A DNA stretch of 64,000 nt, taken from NCBI GenBank assembly GCA_030390025.1, contig CM059448.1, forward strand, positions 22,258,001 through 22,322,000, written 5' to 3'. The DNA is from Squalus acanthias (Eukaryota). The notes beneath the pieces were generated by a model. It was not told the origin of the DNA and searched no databases. It was given only the letters and a program-made list of their open reading frames with translations. Below are positions 40,062 through 53,286 of this stretch, piece after piece. Position 1 is the first letter of the stretch; every line of letters begins with the position of its first letter. A program made the translations under genes and the position numbers.

Positions 40062-40390
40062 ATGGGGATTTGGTGGCACACTGGCTTAGCACACTTAGCT
40101 TTTTCATTTCAGGTACCTGGGTTGGAATCCAACCTAGACTGACAAGTTGGAAGTTTCTTGTGTAATGTACATAAAATGAGGTTGGACTATCTTCCTCTTT
40201 TTCTGAGGGACCATGGGCCCACAACACAAAACTGCTCCTAATTTATCACTAAATTGGCAATTTCATTCAGAAAGCAAGGATAGCTAGTAGGGGAAAATAG
40301 AAAATGTACCACTGGTGTTGTCAGAGATGCTGTTCTATGGTTCCATTCAACCTCTGCAACATCTGACCTGACAGAACCTGAAATACACAA
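40062..40390 (+). mobile_element. tRNA-headed SINE resembling LF-SINE
   Basis: Pol III-like head (tggtggcacactgg...gggttggaatcc), then aaatgaggttgg, cacaacacaaaac and cactaaattggca blocks that recall the LF-SINE consensus as I remember it. Confidence 0.45.
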
Positions 40391-40724
40391 AATATTCTTT
40401 TTTTAAAGAAACCTTGTTACCACCATTCAATTACCAAAGATTAAAAATGTTATCACGGGAAAAAAAAGTAAATTGCATTCTCATTTAGCAACAGGTTCCA
40501 ACTGCCAGCTTACTGATGGCCACAGTAATGGGACATAAATATTTGCATTACATTTGTGCAGTGGGACATTTTGTCTTTATGTGCATGTATATGACCACGG
40601 CAGGACATTAAAGCAGCTATTGCTCATATTCTAGGGGGAAATTGAAAAGTGTGCTTTGTATGGTTTGGAATTGGAACATTATTAAAATGCCGCTGTTATT
40701 TTGTATCATGTCATATTTTACTTC

Positions 40725-41065
40725 CTCTTCTCCTGAAGGCATTGACTTATACTGGAGTAGTTTCATAGGTGTTTACAACTAATGCATTGCTCAGGTGGCC
40801 ATTTTTCACGTGTGAGCCGACACAGTCATTGTCAGTGGGCTATTTGACCATAGGGATGTCTCAACTAAGCCTCATTTTGTCCACATACATGCACTTTCTA
40901 GTGCAGTACCGCTGGATAGTAATGTGCTGTTCTGCCCCCTTCTTAGCCCAAGGAAGCTAAGGCCAATTATACTACCACTACCATGACCATTGCTGAGATC
41001 AGCTAACTCAGCAGCGGGTAGGATCTTCATGGTTTGTATGACTTCGCTCCACACTGAGCAGTGTA
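40725..41065 (-). mobile_element. SINE-like repeat, reverse copy of the 2310 family
   Basis: ctcctgaaggcattgactta..gtggccatttttcacgtgtgag..ggctatttgacc..ggccaatt..gagatcagctaactcagca. Confidence 0.6.
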
Positions 41066-41081
41066 TTTACCAAAGTACAGT

Positions 41082-41670
41082 GGCCCTGAAAATCCGCGGG
41101 CTGCGATCCCACCACTGTTAACCCTGTCAGATTTGGAGAGGTCAACGAGCGGCACCTACTGGGGTGACAGACGTCTGCTGCTGGGAATAGTGGCACCTGT
41201 CTGTCATAGGAGGGCCTGCCCCAACCCTCTTCCCGCTCAGAGTTTCCCCTTCAACCCGATGTGTAAGAGGCCTGATCCATCAAATTATTCTTTTTAAGAT
41301 TTAGCTAACCTTCATGGTTCCAGGCTGCACCCCTGCCCTACCATTTCCCTCCCTATGGGGGCCACTTGCACCATTCTGGAAACCAATATACCTCATCTCT
41401 CTTCGCTTACCAGCCTCCAGTCTTATACCGGATCTTTTCTGAAATTCAGAAGTGCAAACTCCCAACCTGGGCATCTCTGCCTCGGATCAAACCCCACTGG
41501 CTCCACCTCTTTGCCTGTGTAAGGTGCGGGTGGAGTTCCACTTTCATGAGGCAAACTGGGAACTCTCAGAATTGGTAGGGACCAACAGTATTCGGGTTCC
41601 TGCCTATTTCTGGGATTTTCCACCAGACTCTCACCAGAGTTATGGTGTGATTTCGGTGAAATTCGAAGCC
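41082..41670. mobile_element. GC-rich MITE-like element with degenerate TIRs
   Basis: ggccctgaaaat ... aaattcgaagcc, with a sharp GC transition at both ends. Confidence 0.45.
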
Positions 41671-42346
41671 TGATTTTTAAATGGAAGGGATGTCTGCTTA
41701 ATTGCTGAACTCTACCTGTCTGTTGTGAACTCTGTTATTTTGCTAGTCAAACCTAAACACAGGAGACAGTAAAGTCTTATAATTTTGTTCCTATGATTTG
41801 TCACTTCTGGTGTCTCAAAGAATTTCCCAACTTCACCTTACATATTCTTTGATAATTATAAACACATGGATGGTTAGTACCCCTACCCAGTCACTTGTTC
41901 TTACTGGAAGAACCTAAGCTCCCTCAGCTTCTCCTCTCAGCTGTTCAATCTAGTCCTGGAACTGTCCTAGTTGCCCTTTGTTTCTTTAACCGCCACCTTA
42001 GATCTCTGATTGCTCCAGCAAGGCAATGAAATAGTAAATATGAATCTGTTTATTTTCAATATTATATCAGCTCCATTCCTTTAGTGCAAACAGTTTATCC
42101 AAAACATGTCCTTACATTAGAACTGAGATAGTTACTGAATAGAAAAACTCAAGTTTTTTATATATTAAAGTGCCACATACAATTTGGCTTAAGGGAACTG
42201 GACATGAGCTACACAATAAGTGGAATAAAATTACTGAACTTATAGGTAACTGGATTTACCCTTATGTTTGCATGAATAATTGTTTTATCTATTAGAATTA
42301 CATGTTATACATTTCTTTCACCATGGGATATTCACTTCATGGGTAG

Positions 42347-42550
<204 letters not shown>

Positions 42551-42814
42551 TAATAATTTTGCTTTGCATTTTCTAATGCATGCAAATTGTTCTTTTATTT
42601 TCATAAAATATGCCAGATAATTCAATTGACAATTGCCAACTTTATTGGTAGATACTGTAATATGGATCAAGAGAGAGCTATTGTACAATTTGATGAAGGA
42701 GTGAATTGAATTCACGCATGCTGTACTGATGAATATAATAGCTTACATCTGTCAATCTTCATTTTCTGTATATTTCCAATACCAGAATTTACTTTTCTTG
42801 ACTTTTTTCTCCTT

Positions 42815-43200
42815 GATATTCTGCTTGACCCCAAGCTGAGCTTCCTTCCTACATCTAATCCATTACAAGACCAATTTCACCTTCAAAAATTTCTGCTGAA
42901 CCCCAAAGCCACACATTTATCACCTCAAGGCTGGACTTCTCCAATGCTCTCCTTGATGGTTTCTCTGCTTCCAGTCTCCATAAACTACAGTTTATCCAGA
43001 ATACTGTGGACCACATCATCACCCAGCAACTAAGGCCCACGTCACCCCATCCTTGCCAAGCTCCATTGGTTCCTTGTGCTCCAGAGAATTGACTTCAAGA
43101 TTCTCGGGGGCCCCCTTCAAATCCCTCCATGGCCTCACTCCTCCCAATCTTCCCAGTGCATCACCAATATTGCCCCCGTTTTGGATCCAACTTTAAAATA
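42815..43200 (+). mobile_element. Decayed L2 LINE fragment
   Basis: cttgaccccaagctgagctt; aggctggacttctccaatgc (RLDFSN); tcaccccatccttgccaagctccattgg (TPSLPSLHW-like). Confidence 0.7.
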
Positions 43201-44575
43201 TTCCCGACTGTGCCTGACTTCCATTCCAGATGACTTCAGACTCACTGACTTCCCAACCAATCAGGAAGGAAAGGAATCGCCAACCATCTTGCCCCAGCTC
43301 CCCATGTCCAAGAGTTAGCCAGTTGAGCTGCCAAGCAAATCAACTACTACCCTCCTAAGTGTTGGCTTGCTTGAAAACTACCCCCAACTGATTTATTTGA
43401 ATGAAACCATTCCAACGTGCAAATGTTTACTGGAATATCTTAATGAAATTCATTGTCTCAAACTGATACGAGATGCAGGAAACACTATTCTGGACAGATC
43501 CTTAGTCTGAATATCATGCACATTCCAGAAGCTGTGTGCTGTGGATTTAACCTCTTGTGAGCTGAATTCAACAGCATCCTAATATAAATTAGCTGAAATT
43601 CCTCCTAGGTCCAAAAGTCAAAAATCCTGAAATGTGGCACTTCCTAAAGGCTCTTGTCTTTGACTATGCTTTGTGCCATCCTAACTGCTCTCTTCTCTCT
43701 CCTTGGCAACCACTTGTTGTCCACCACCATCTAACGCTCTCTCAGACGCTTCTCTGTATATAAGAAGTGCAGTAGAAATTTAAATTGTTTTGTAGACGTC
43801 CTTCAAAATCTAGTAAAACAGTAAAAACACAATACTATTTCAAATGTGTAATGATCTCATCTTGGTCATTTTCTTGTGAAATGCTTTTACCTTTTATTGC
43901 AGTAATCCACATATAGATAATCCCACTTCTCCAGCAGCCTGTGTGCACAGAGATTATGAGATTACATTGGGTTATTGTTGAATATGTGAAACTAGCTTGA
44001 AATTGATGGGTCAGTTGAGATATTAACCACTTTGAGTTATTAAGATCTTGCACTAAAATATGTGCTTGGAAAATGTAGTCTTAATCATCACAATCCAAAG
44101 TAAAAGGCTGCTTCTAATTAGAACAGAAAACCCTCTTTGCCGATGTAGCCTTTAATTTTCATTGTGTCAGAGAAAAAACGCTCGACCTTTGTCCGTCTTG
44201 CTGTTGCTCAGCAGCATCTCCTCCTTTAGTAAAATTGTTATTACCTTTTAATCAAACAATCTGACAAGAAGCGGTTTGATCAATATTTTAGAAGAAAGGG
44301 AAACTCAGACATCAATGAAGTTTGCCATGACCTTTCATCATCAATGGTAGTCCAGGCTGAAGAATTTGAAGTAATTCCATATTCAAGGCCTGCAGATCAG
44401 GAAGGCCTATTCAATTCCATTCTTTGAGCATTTGATACGGTGCTTTGTCCACATTATTTCCAAAAGTGATGTTTTGTGAAACAAATGTTCCACCCAGCCA
44501 GCCTATATTAAGAGCAAGTCAGCATTTGCAAAATAGAAATTTTATCTAAACTGCAAGCCATCCTATAAGGAAGGA

Positions 44576-44709
44576 ATAACAACAGAAAACGCTGGAAAAA
44601 CTCAGCAGGCCAGGCAGCATCCGTGGCGAGAGAAACAGAGTTAACGTTTCAGGTTGAAGACCTTTCGTCTGTTGTTATTTCGGATTTCCAGCATCCGCAG
44701 TATTTTGCT
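44576..44709. mobile_element. Young Penelope-derived short insertion (one-armed version of the 60225 hairpin)
   Basis: Nearly identical to the 60225-60446 ends; exact 16-bp TSD ATCCTATAAGGAAGGA at 44560-44575 and 44710-44725. Confidence 0.85.
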
Positions 44710-45489
44710 ATCCTATAAGGAAGGATGTTGCAATGGAATCAAAAGCTAACGTATAACAATCTGGAGAGTTGTGATCTTATTGGAGATGGTCTGAAAAGTC
44801 AATCCTGCACTGCGAGGGAATCTAGGAATAAACAAAATACAAAATATTTTCCTTCCAATAAAAACTCCTCGGTTCTGTTTGCTGTCATAAAAGTAGCTTA
44901 TTGACAGTAAAAGGTTAATAATGCTTGCACTTATAATATTTTTGATCTTGCGTAACAGTGCTACCATAGTCCTCAAAGGATTATAAATTTTACTTGGTAA
45001 AAAGACTAAGGCCAAAGATACTTCAAAAAGAAAGTTATATTGGATGTCTGCTTTGTGAATAATTAAAGCTCCTGATCACACAATCGTCATTGCAAACTAG
45101 GCTTTCTTATCTAAACTGGGGGGTACTTGGTGAATTTTACATGCTTTACATTGTAGTTACTGTTTAAATTTTACTGAGAACAATTGGCAGTGGGTGATGA
45201 GTGATGTTATCGGTAATATTTTGTTTGAGGATATAATTGTGTACAGTGGTGATAAGATTTTACTTTTCACACTGTATGTTGTAAGTCTTCCTGAATGCAG
45301 AGCAGCCTCCAAGAAACCGTCTTTCACTGTTGATTCCTCTGGACACAGTGATCAGCAAATTAATCTCTGTTATCCTTAAAGGAATGCACACTCATCATCT
45401 GCTTTATCAAATTGAATTGATCTACTGAATCAATAGCCCTTTAATTATTAATGATGCCTAGCTCTATCTCACCACCACCTCTCTTGATC

Positions 45490-45905
45490 CCTCCACTGCC
45501 TTTGATTTGTCACGCTGCTTGTCCGACATCCAGTACTGGATGAGCAGAAATTTCCACCATCTAAATATTGGGAAGACTGAAGCCATTGTCTTCGGTCCCC
45601 GCCACAAACTCCATTCCCTAGCCACCGACTCCATCCCTCTCCCTGGCCACTGTCTAAGGCTGAACCAGACTGTTGCGACCTTAGTGCCCTATTTGACCCT
45701 GAGATTAGTTTCCGACTACATATTCGCTCCATCACCAAAACTACCTACTTCCACATCTGTAACATCGCCTGTCTCTGACCCTGCCTCAGCTCATCAGCTG
45801 CTGAAACCTTCATCCGTGCCTTTGTTTCCTCTAGACTTGACTATTCCAATACTCTCCTGGCCAGCCTCCCATTTTCCACCCTTCATAAACCTTAGCTCAT
45901 CCAAA
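45490..45905 (+). mobile_element. L2 LINE ORF2 fragment
   Basis: CLSDIQYWMSRNFHHLNIGKTEAIVFGP and tctagacttgactattccaat (SRLDYSN). Confidence 0.88.
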
Positions 45906-46251
45906 TGTGAACATATCAGATATAAAAAAAGGAATAAAACTTTTAACTCACATTTGTATAGAACCAGTGTGTGAGCAAAGCTTGCACATAAGGCAGGAGA
46001 AACTTTCTTTTTTTGCTTTGTCCAATAAAAAGTATGATAGAATGTGTGTATCTCTTCCTTTTCTCCTACCCCACATCTTTAGATGGAGGGAGGAGGAGAG
46101 AGAGAGGGGAAAATTTGCAGCTTGCCTATTCCAGCCTTGAATGGTGAGGAGCATTTTATCCCTTTGAGTGCTGTGGTAAAATTTTACCTTGATGAAGGGC
46201 CAAATTTTCAAAGCTCAGAGCAATTTCATACAATTTAGTTTTCGCAACGAT

Positions 46252-46349
46252 TAGGGTAGATTTTCTGAGTCCCGGTCTATGGTGAAGTAACTGAACTACT
46301 GTGAGTGTGGGTACTTCACAATGGATGAGGGTTCAGACAGTCTACCCTA
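46252..46349. mobile_element. About 100-bp fold-back mini-element
   Basis: tagggtagattttctga / tcagacagtctacccta inverted ends, with internal gtgaagta / tacttcac. Confidence 0.6.
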
Positions 46350-46787
46350 TAAGGTACATGCCAGTAAGATTATTATTCGGACCAACATTGTGTGGGCTAA
46401 GTTTTCCTAATAAATGAAAAGACTTGAAATCTGTGCAAATAAAGCCCAAGTGAATCTAACCCATATGTACAATTTTCAGCAAGTTCACCGTTTTAATTTG
46501 TTGAAGGAAGGCTGCTTTAAGACATATCATAATTATGTTGTAGACTTTATTCTCATTCATTCACAATGGATAGCATTGCATGTTTAGTGTCGAAGCATTG
46601 GATTAGATTTGATAAATGTTTTTGCAAAGTGTCACTGAAAGTGTAATACCGGAAGGGTTAATGATAGACCATTGTTACTTCTCGGTCAGTTCCAACAAGT
46701 GTTTTATTGTTCACTTATCGGAGGCCACGACGGGAAAGTCTTGCTTGGATTGCAATGGTTTCTGTGGAATAGTCTGCTTAAAATATT

Positions 46788-47531
46788 GGCCCAGAAATTA
46801 AACACTGAGCGTTCCTGCGGGGGTAAGACTTCCCCGCGATATCTCACTGCGCGCCTACATTTTCCCTCCTGGCCCACACGAACTTTAGTTTCAAGGCTGC
46901 AGCTGTGCAGTGCTTGCGTGACTCACAGACGCAGTTAGTTCGTGCGAGCTCTGGGATCACGTGATTCAGTTAGAGCCAATGGCAGCACACCATCTTTCAT
47001 TCACAGTTTTGACAGGAGAACTGTCAAAGCTATGAATACAACTTACCCCCAAAAGAACAGCTAAACCTCAATTAAATTTTTTTTAAAAACCATCACATTA
47101 ATAAAATAACTATAGATAAATAAATTAACCACTTTAAACAAAAATTTAAATTTTTGAAATAATTTAAAATCTTTTTAAAAGTTATAAAAATAAACTTACC
47201 TTTCTTTAAAGTCTCTAAAAAAGATAAACCTGTTGAAAAAAATTTAAAATAATACTTAATTAACTACTTACCTTGTTAAAAGAGGGTCTTACGCCTCCTT
47301 TCTTTATGTGTAAAATCTTCCATGCTTACCTGCGCGTTCAAAGCACTAAGTGCACTGCGTGCGCGCAGCCTGTAGCGCGCACGCGGTTCACTTAGGAACC
47401 GCCCCCTTTTGAATTCATGAAGTGCCGGTTTCCCGCGCATGCGCAGTGCATGCTGGAAACCGGCAATTGGAGACCTAAAACGCGAGAGTACACAGTGCAT
47501 ACTCTCGCGTATTATGTCTAATTTTCGGGCC
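46788..47531. mobile_element. Hairpin-array TIR element, copy 3 of 3
   Basis: TIR ggcccagaaatta / taattttcgggcc; flanks ATT / AAT. Confidence 0.9.
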
Positions 47532-47700
47532 AATGGAGCTGATTATCATCTGCAAGTGTAAGTCAGTTCCAAATTTTTAAGAACCGGTGCGAATCCCACC
47601 TAAAAAGGTCAAGTGATAAAAAGCACTAAATTCTTTGGTGTGAAGCTTATTTCTCCGGTGTCAATCAATTTGCATAATTATTTGCAGTACAAATTCCAAA

Positions 47701-48330
47701 GGGGCCTACTTTCATCCCCTGTGTCGGGCAGGAATGGGGCAGTAGCATGATTTAAAATAGCAGCGCAGCCCCACGATTCCCACCGAGGTCCAGCTCCCGC
47801 CATTTTGTTTTGAGCCTTGCAGTGGGTGGCCCAGGAGCCCCCCTGGAGACAGGTGGGAGCCTCATTGGCCCATACAAATCATGGTCCTATGACATCAATG
47901 GGACCCTGATGCAATTTTGAAGTACCAGTGGGCCTGGCGCACATTCCGGCCATCGGTACTTGGCATTGAGTGATCTAACCAATGACCCTTAAAAGGACTG
48001 TCACCGGCCACTCAGGAAAAGGAGAAAAACAGGATTGTAAATAATGCTGGTTGAATCAGGAGAAGTATTAATGCTTCTCCAGGTCCCACGACAATCCACC
48101 CCTGTGCTCCACCCCCAAAGGCGCTCCCTCCCTCCAGTAGAGCTGTCGGAATTTTTGGCTCCCACCGATCAGTGAGCTGCTCCAAATATATGATCAGCAT
48201 GCCGACAGAATGATAATGAGACCCAACCGTGAAAATTGGCCAGGCCTCGGATCACTTCCATTGGGCAGGCAGCAAACTTGTTCCACCCACCTCCCCCCGC
48301 AATGGAAACAGTCACACAAAAATACATGCC
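47701..48330. mobile_element. Older GC-rich MITE-like element related to 16900-17694
   Basis: Shares cccgccattttg, caaatcatggtcctatgacatcaatgggaccc and taatgagaccc blocks. Confidence 0.55.
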
Positions 48331-49735
48331 AAACAGTCTCGAAAACAGACTAGAGGTAGGAAATAAAAGTTTTAGGAAGTCAAATTTAAAGGGATATGGG
48401 CAATAAATAAATGGTGTTTGTCAGAATAGGAGGACAAAATTCTCCAAGCCTTTGAAAAGCCTTAAAAAAGCATTTCCATTCATTAACAGCCTTTGCCATG
48501 GCTGAAGGGGCAGGGAACCGAGGACTGAAGGGAAATAGAACCTAGGTACAGGCATGAGTTTGTAGACAACTGACTGAGCAGACCAGCATCCAAATGCTTG
48601 CTTGATGACTGCCAAAGGCAAGTTGGTGCTGCATGAGGTGCTTGTGAAGAGGGTTTCCTGCTGTGCCATTCCACAAGGCCATCTGTCAGCAGGTCTGCAG
48701 TTAAGTTTCAAGTTACCACTAACCACCACTGTTGCTGCAAATCCCAGCCTAGGCTGCATAAAGACTACAAGTTGCCTCGAAGCAGATGGCAGAATTGTAC
48801 ATCTGCCTTTCTATTAACCCAGTCCCTGACAAGGCAAGTCGCCACAGTCTTTGCCAGGTAGATGTTTCAGGACTTTCAGAAATGGATTGTGGTATCTTGT
48901 GGGGTGTGGGGGGAGGGTGGGGGGGCTGGGCTGTGCAGCCAGCCAATCAGGTGATATACACCCTTGATCACCCTGGCATGCTTTCTTTCATCCAGTACCA
49001 CCTAAAGCGTGACGTGGGTGTCTCTGAAGTACCATTTAGCATACTGGTTAGTCAGGCTTTCACATATCTTAATGATGCCATCTGGTCTGCTGGTTTCCAC
49101 AACACTATGTCTGCCAAAGTGGGGCCATTTCATCTTTATGTGAGATCACAGTGCACCTCGGGCAGCCTGACCTGCCTGGCATTTCCTCATTTCCTCCATA
49201 GGTTGTCCTCTTCCCAACAAATCAATTTAAGGGAAAACTAATTGGTGCCAGTAATCATACTGGGGCAAAAGAAATTATAATTAAGAACAACTGGCACAAA
49301 AGTCTAAGTGCCACCAGAACTGAAAAACAAGTGAACACAAATGGCCCATTAAATGACATCCCACCTATCTGTAGAATCTGAGTTTAAACTTAGCTGTGCC
49401 AGATACAGGTCCTGAAATTCCATGAAGCTTCTACTAGTTCCACTATAACTTTGGCAGGAAACCTGCATTATATCATTATACCACATCCCTGGGGATTTTG
49501 CTAGTCTTCCATCAGAGTTACAGTGGCAGACAAGTGGACCCCCACAGAACTTCCACCCCACACAGTCTTCTTTAATCTGACAGTCACTGAAGGTTCCAAA
49601 TTGAAGAGAATTTTGATATTCTCAATCTACTTCCCGGTGGAATCAAGTTCATCTACTCACATATTTAACACAATTTAACTCTATCGTGCTGCCCTCTGCA
49701 GAAAATATCCCTGTCCACCCTTTCACTTCCTATTA

Positions 49736-50080
49736 ATGCGGTACTGAGGAAGTGCTGCACTGTCGGAGGTGCCGTCTTTCAGATGAGACGTTAAACCAAG
49801 GTGGACATAAAAGATCCCAGGGCACTATTTGATGAAGAGCAGGGGAGTTCTCCTGGTGTCCTGGCCAATATTTATCCCTCAACCAACATCGCCAACACAG
49901 ACAATCTGGTCATGCATCACATTGCTGTTTGTGGGACCTTGCTGTGTGCAAATTGGCTGTAGCATTTCCTATGTTATAACTGTGACTACACTTCAAAAGT
50001 ACTTCATTAGCTGTAATGTGCTTTGAGACGTCCGGAGGTCATGAACGATGATGTATAAATTCAAATTCTTTCTTTTCTTT
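49736..50080 (+). mobile_element. DeuSINE (SacSINE1/AmnSINE1-like) with L2-type tail
   Basis: Deu-domain core gtgctgcactgtcggaggtgccgtctttcagatgagacgttaaacc...aaaagatcccagggcactattt..gaagagcagggg..tcctggccaa; tail tataaattcaaattctttcttttc. Confidence 0.85.
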
Positions 50081-50934
50081 TACCCCAATCCCACTGGTCC
50101 AGGAACCAAAGTGTACTCTGAACTATTTCATGATCTTGGTCTACAAATTTACAGTGACCTCAAAACCATTCTCCACCGAAGATTTGTCCAGCCCCTCCTT
50201 GAAGTAGTTAATTGACACAACATGAATTGCTTCTGCTGAAAATCTGTACTGCATTAGAATCTTTTTCCTTTATGAACAAATACGAATCAAATATCATCAC
50301 CTATTGAGCAAATGATAATAGAAAAAAAATCAAAATAATTTATGGACCAGTTTACTTCATAACATAATATATTGACAGTTACCAATTATTAAGAACAACA
50401 GCCATTTGTGTGAAGCCATTTTTATAATAGATCAAAAGCAGCATTTCAGTGCCTGCTTCATCACTTTTAAAAAGTATGAAACGATTCAGAATTTAGTTAT
50501 CATTAACCATGATTAAATACTGAACTCACCTGATCATTGTTCTATTTTTTTCAAAGTTTTTTTTTACCTATATATACTTCTCTTAGGAGCTTGGTTGTTA
50601 ATGTTATATTTATGCTAGAATCCCACAAGATGTTAGAGGCTAGTCTGATCTGTAGTGGTGATGCAATCTTAATGAATTCACAAATTGAAAAAATAAATAA
50701 GAGACTGTTGGTCTTGCTAAGCTCATTGCACCATTAATGTTGTACATTTTCTGTCTCATAACTTCTTTTTGTTTCTCATTTGCTCATATTTCTTTCACTG
50801 CATGCTTTTTTGAGGAAAGGTGCCAAAGCTTTGGCACAAAAAGGTAAGGGTTATTACCCCTTCCTCCCATAGTGAACAGAGCTTATAATTGCTGATAAAA
50901 CAATACCCATATTTCTCAGATACCTGACGACAAA

Positions 50935-51512
50935 GGCCTAGAAATTGGCTTGCGCCAAAATTCGGTTGAAAGAGACCGACGGCAAGAGCACGGGAAATTG
51001 GTCCCCCAGCCTCATTTGCATATAGTTGGTGAACTGCGGGCACTAGAGGCAGCTTGCCAGTTGTTGGGCGGGGGAGCGCGTTGGATGGCCGAGGGCAGCG
51101 GGTAAATCCATGGAGGGTGTGAACGCGGGCTGCCAGCGGCCCGCAGTATAATGTGGAGCCAGGAGGAGCACTTCTGCACATTCAGTTAAGTATAAGATTG
51201 CGTACTCCCCTTTTTGGTGGCAGCCTGCAGTGGTCTCTTTCAGGACCACTGGTTCAGCTGCTGTGTGTCAGAGAAAACGCAGTCCTAATGAAGTTTCGCA
51301 AAGGGGCCTGAAACAGCCCTTAAGACCCCGATTTGCATTGGCAGTGGGGCCAACGTCTGTTTCAGGTGGCTGCCCTGGACCACTACAGGCCTTTAACCAA
51401 TATGGAGTGCAGCGCACCTCCGGCCCGTACTGAGCACGCTCACGCTGCATGCCATAGTGTACCCTTCACGTTCGCTTGAAAAACAAGTGCTTCGCAATCT
51501 AATTTCTAGGCC
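50935..51512. mobile_element. GC-rich non-autonomous DNA transposon (PIF/Harbinger-like)
   Basis: Perfect 12-bp TIR ggcctagaaatt / aatttctaggcc; flanks AAA / AAT. Confidence 0.82.
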
Positions 51513-52834
51513 AATGTTCTTGTATCTAAAGGGATATGATAGATTTCTGCTGGTGAGTGCTAGTTACTTTTGTTGTTTTATGCAGAGTAGAAATATGGTG
51601 CTTGGAGGTACAGATAGCTAACAACAACCAAATATTAATAACCTCTATTAAATGCATGGCTTATACTTTAAATAGAACGTTGTTGTTTCCCCTTCTGAAA
51701 TCTACTGAAAATTGTTTGTCATTTTGTGATTAGCCTGTTAAGTAGAGTACTTTTCTGGTAGCATAGTGTTCCATTAGGGAGGGATGAATTGAAATTAGCT
51801 GCCTTGCTGAACTGCAAGTGCCTCTTCCTCTCAGTACTGAAGGAATGTATTATTAGTGGTTGCTGTGGAGAAGCCAGAAGGTTGGACGGAGGTGAGTGGC
51901 CCCATGACAAGAAAATATGAAGAAAAAACCATATGGGAGGATACATAGATAATATCACATTGATTACTAAGATTTGCTATTCTTTTGTGAGAGTGAAAGC
52001 CCCACTATCCAGAAGTGCCTTAGGCACAATAGAGTAATGAAAGCTTTTCCCACGAGTTCAGAGTGAGTTGGCAATGTACTGTTACTTGGTGAATTGTTCT
52101 TTTTATGTTGTAGGCATTTCTGTCCTGAAATTTAAAATCACTGTGAAATGCTGTTGGCTGAATTGATGGTTATATTTTGTAGATTATATTGTTTTATTTC
52201 CGGTTGCATTGACAGTTGTGACTAAACTACAGAACAAAAAATAAACATTAATAAATACCAGTATTTTAGTTCAGTATTTAACCTCCTGTAATTTTAGCAG
52301 ATGTGATACAATGTAAGCCTATGCCACATTGACTATTATTACTTTCTTTGTCATTTGGCTGAATCCAAGCACGCTTGTAACAGCTGCAGTGATGTTCCAA
52401 ATATCCTGCTCTCATCTCTTTAATATCATTTTATACACTGAAGTCCAAATCAAAAATGTGCAACTCAGGCAAAATATAAAAATTACTTGAAAATGACTAA
52501 TTAGTAAAAATCTTTTTTCTCAGGAAACCATTATTAAATATGCTGCAGCGTATCTTTCATATTAAAGGAATTTATATCTGGGCTAATTATTTGAAAAATG
52601 TCTGCAGTATTTCAGTTTCCTATCAGATTTGGTATTTGTTCAAGGAAGGAAACTACCTCAAAATCTACATCTATTTAATAGCTGAGTTATGTTACAAAAA
52701 GCAGCAAAAAAGAGCGGTGATGTTTCTGTTTGAAACAATAATAGCAATGTTTTAAAGTTAACTTTCTGTCATTGCAATGCCAAGAAACCTGTGCGTAATC
52801 TGGACACTACAATATGCATGGTAAAGCCTCGCAT

Positions 52835-53286
52835 CAAGTCCTGCTCACCCATCACCCCCGTGTTCGCTGACCTACGTTAGCTTCTGGTCCAGCAATGCCT
52901 GGAATTTAAAATTCCACTCCTCGTGTTCAAATCCTACCACAGCCTCGTCCCTCTCTATCTCTGTAACCTCCTCCAGACCTACAACCCTCTGAGAAGTCTG
53001 CGTTCCTCCAATTCTAGCCTTTTGTGAGTCCCCAATTTCCTTCGCCCCACCATTGGCGGCCGTGTCTTCAGCTGTCTAGGCCCTAAGCTCTGGAATTCCC
53101 CCCTCTAAACCTCTCTATCTCTCTCTCTCTCTCCTCCTTTAAGACGCTCCTTAAAACCTACCTCCACCTCTTAATATCTCCTCATGTGGTTCAGTGTTGG
53201 AATTTTGGCTGATGACGCTCCTGTGAAGTGCCTTGGGACATTTATTACGTTAAAAGCGTTATATAAATGCAAGTTGTTGTTGTTGA
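52835..53286 (+). mobile_element. L2 LINE 3' end
   Basis: Same family as 35170-35527; tail atataaatgcaagttgttgttgttg. Confidence 0.9.
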
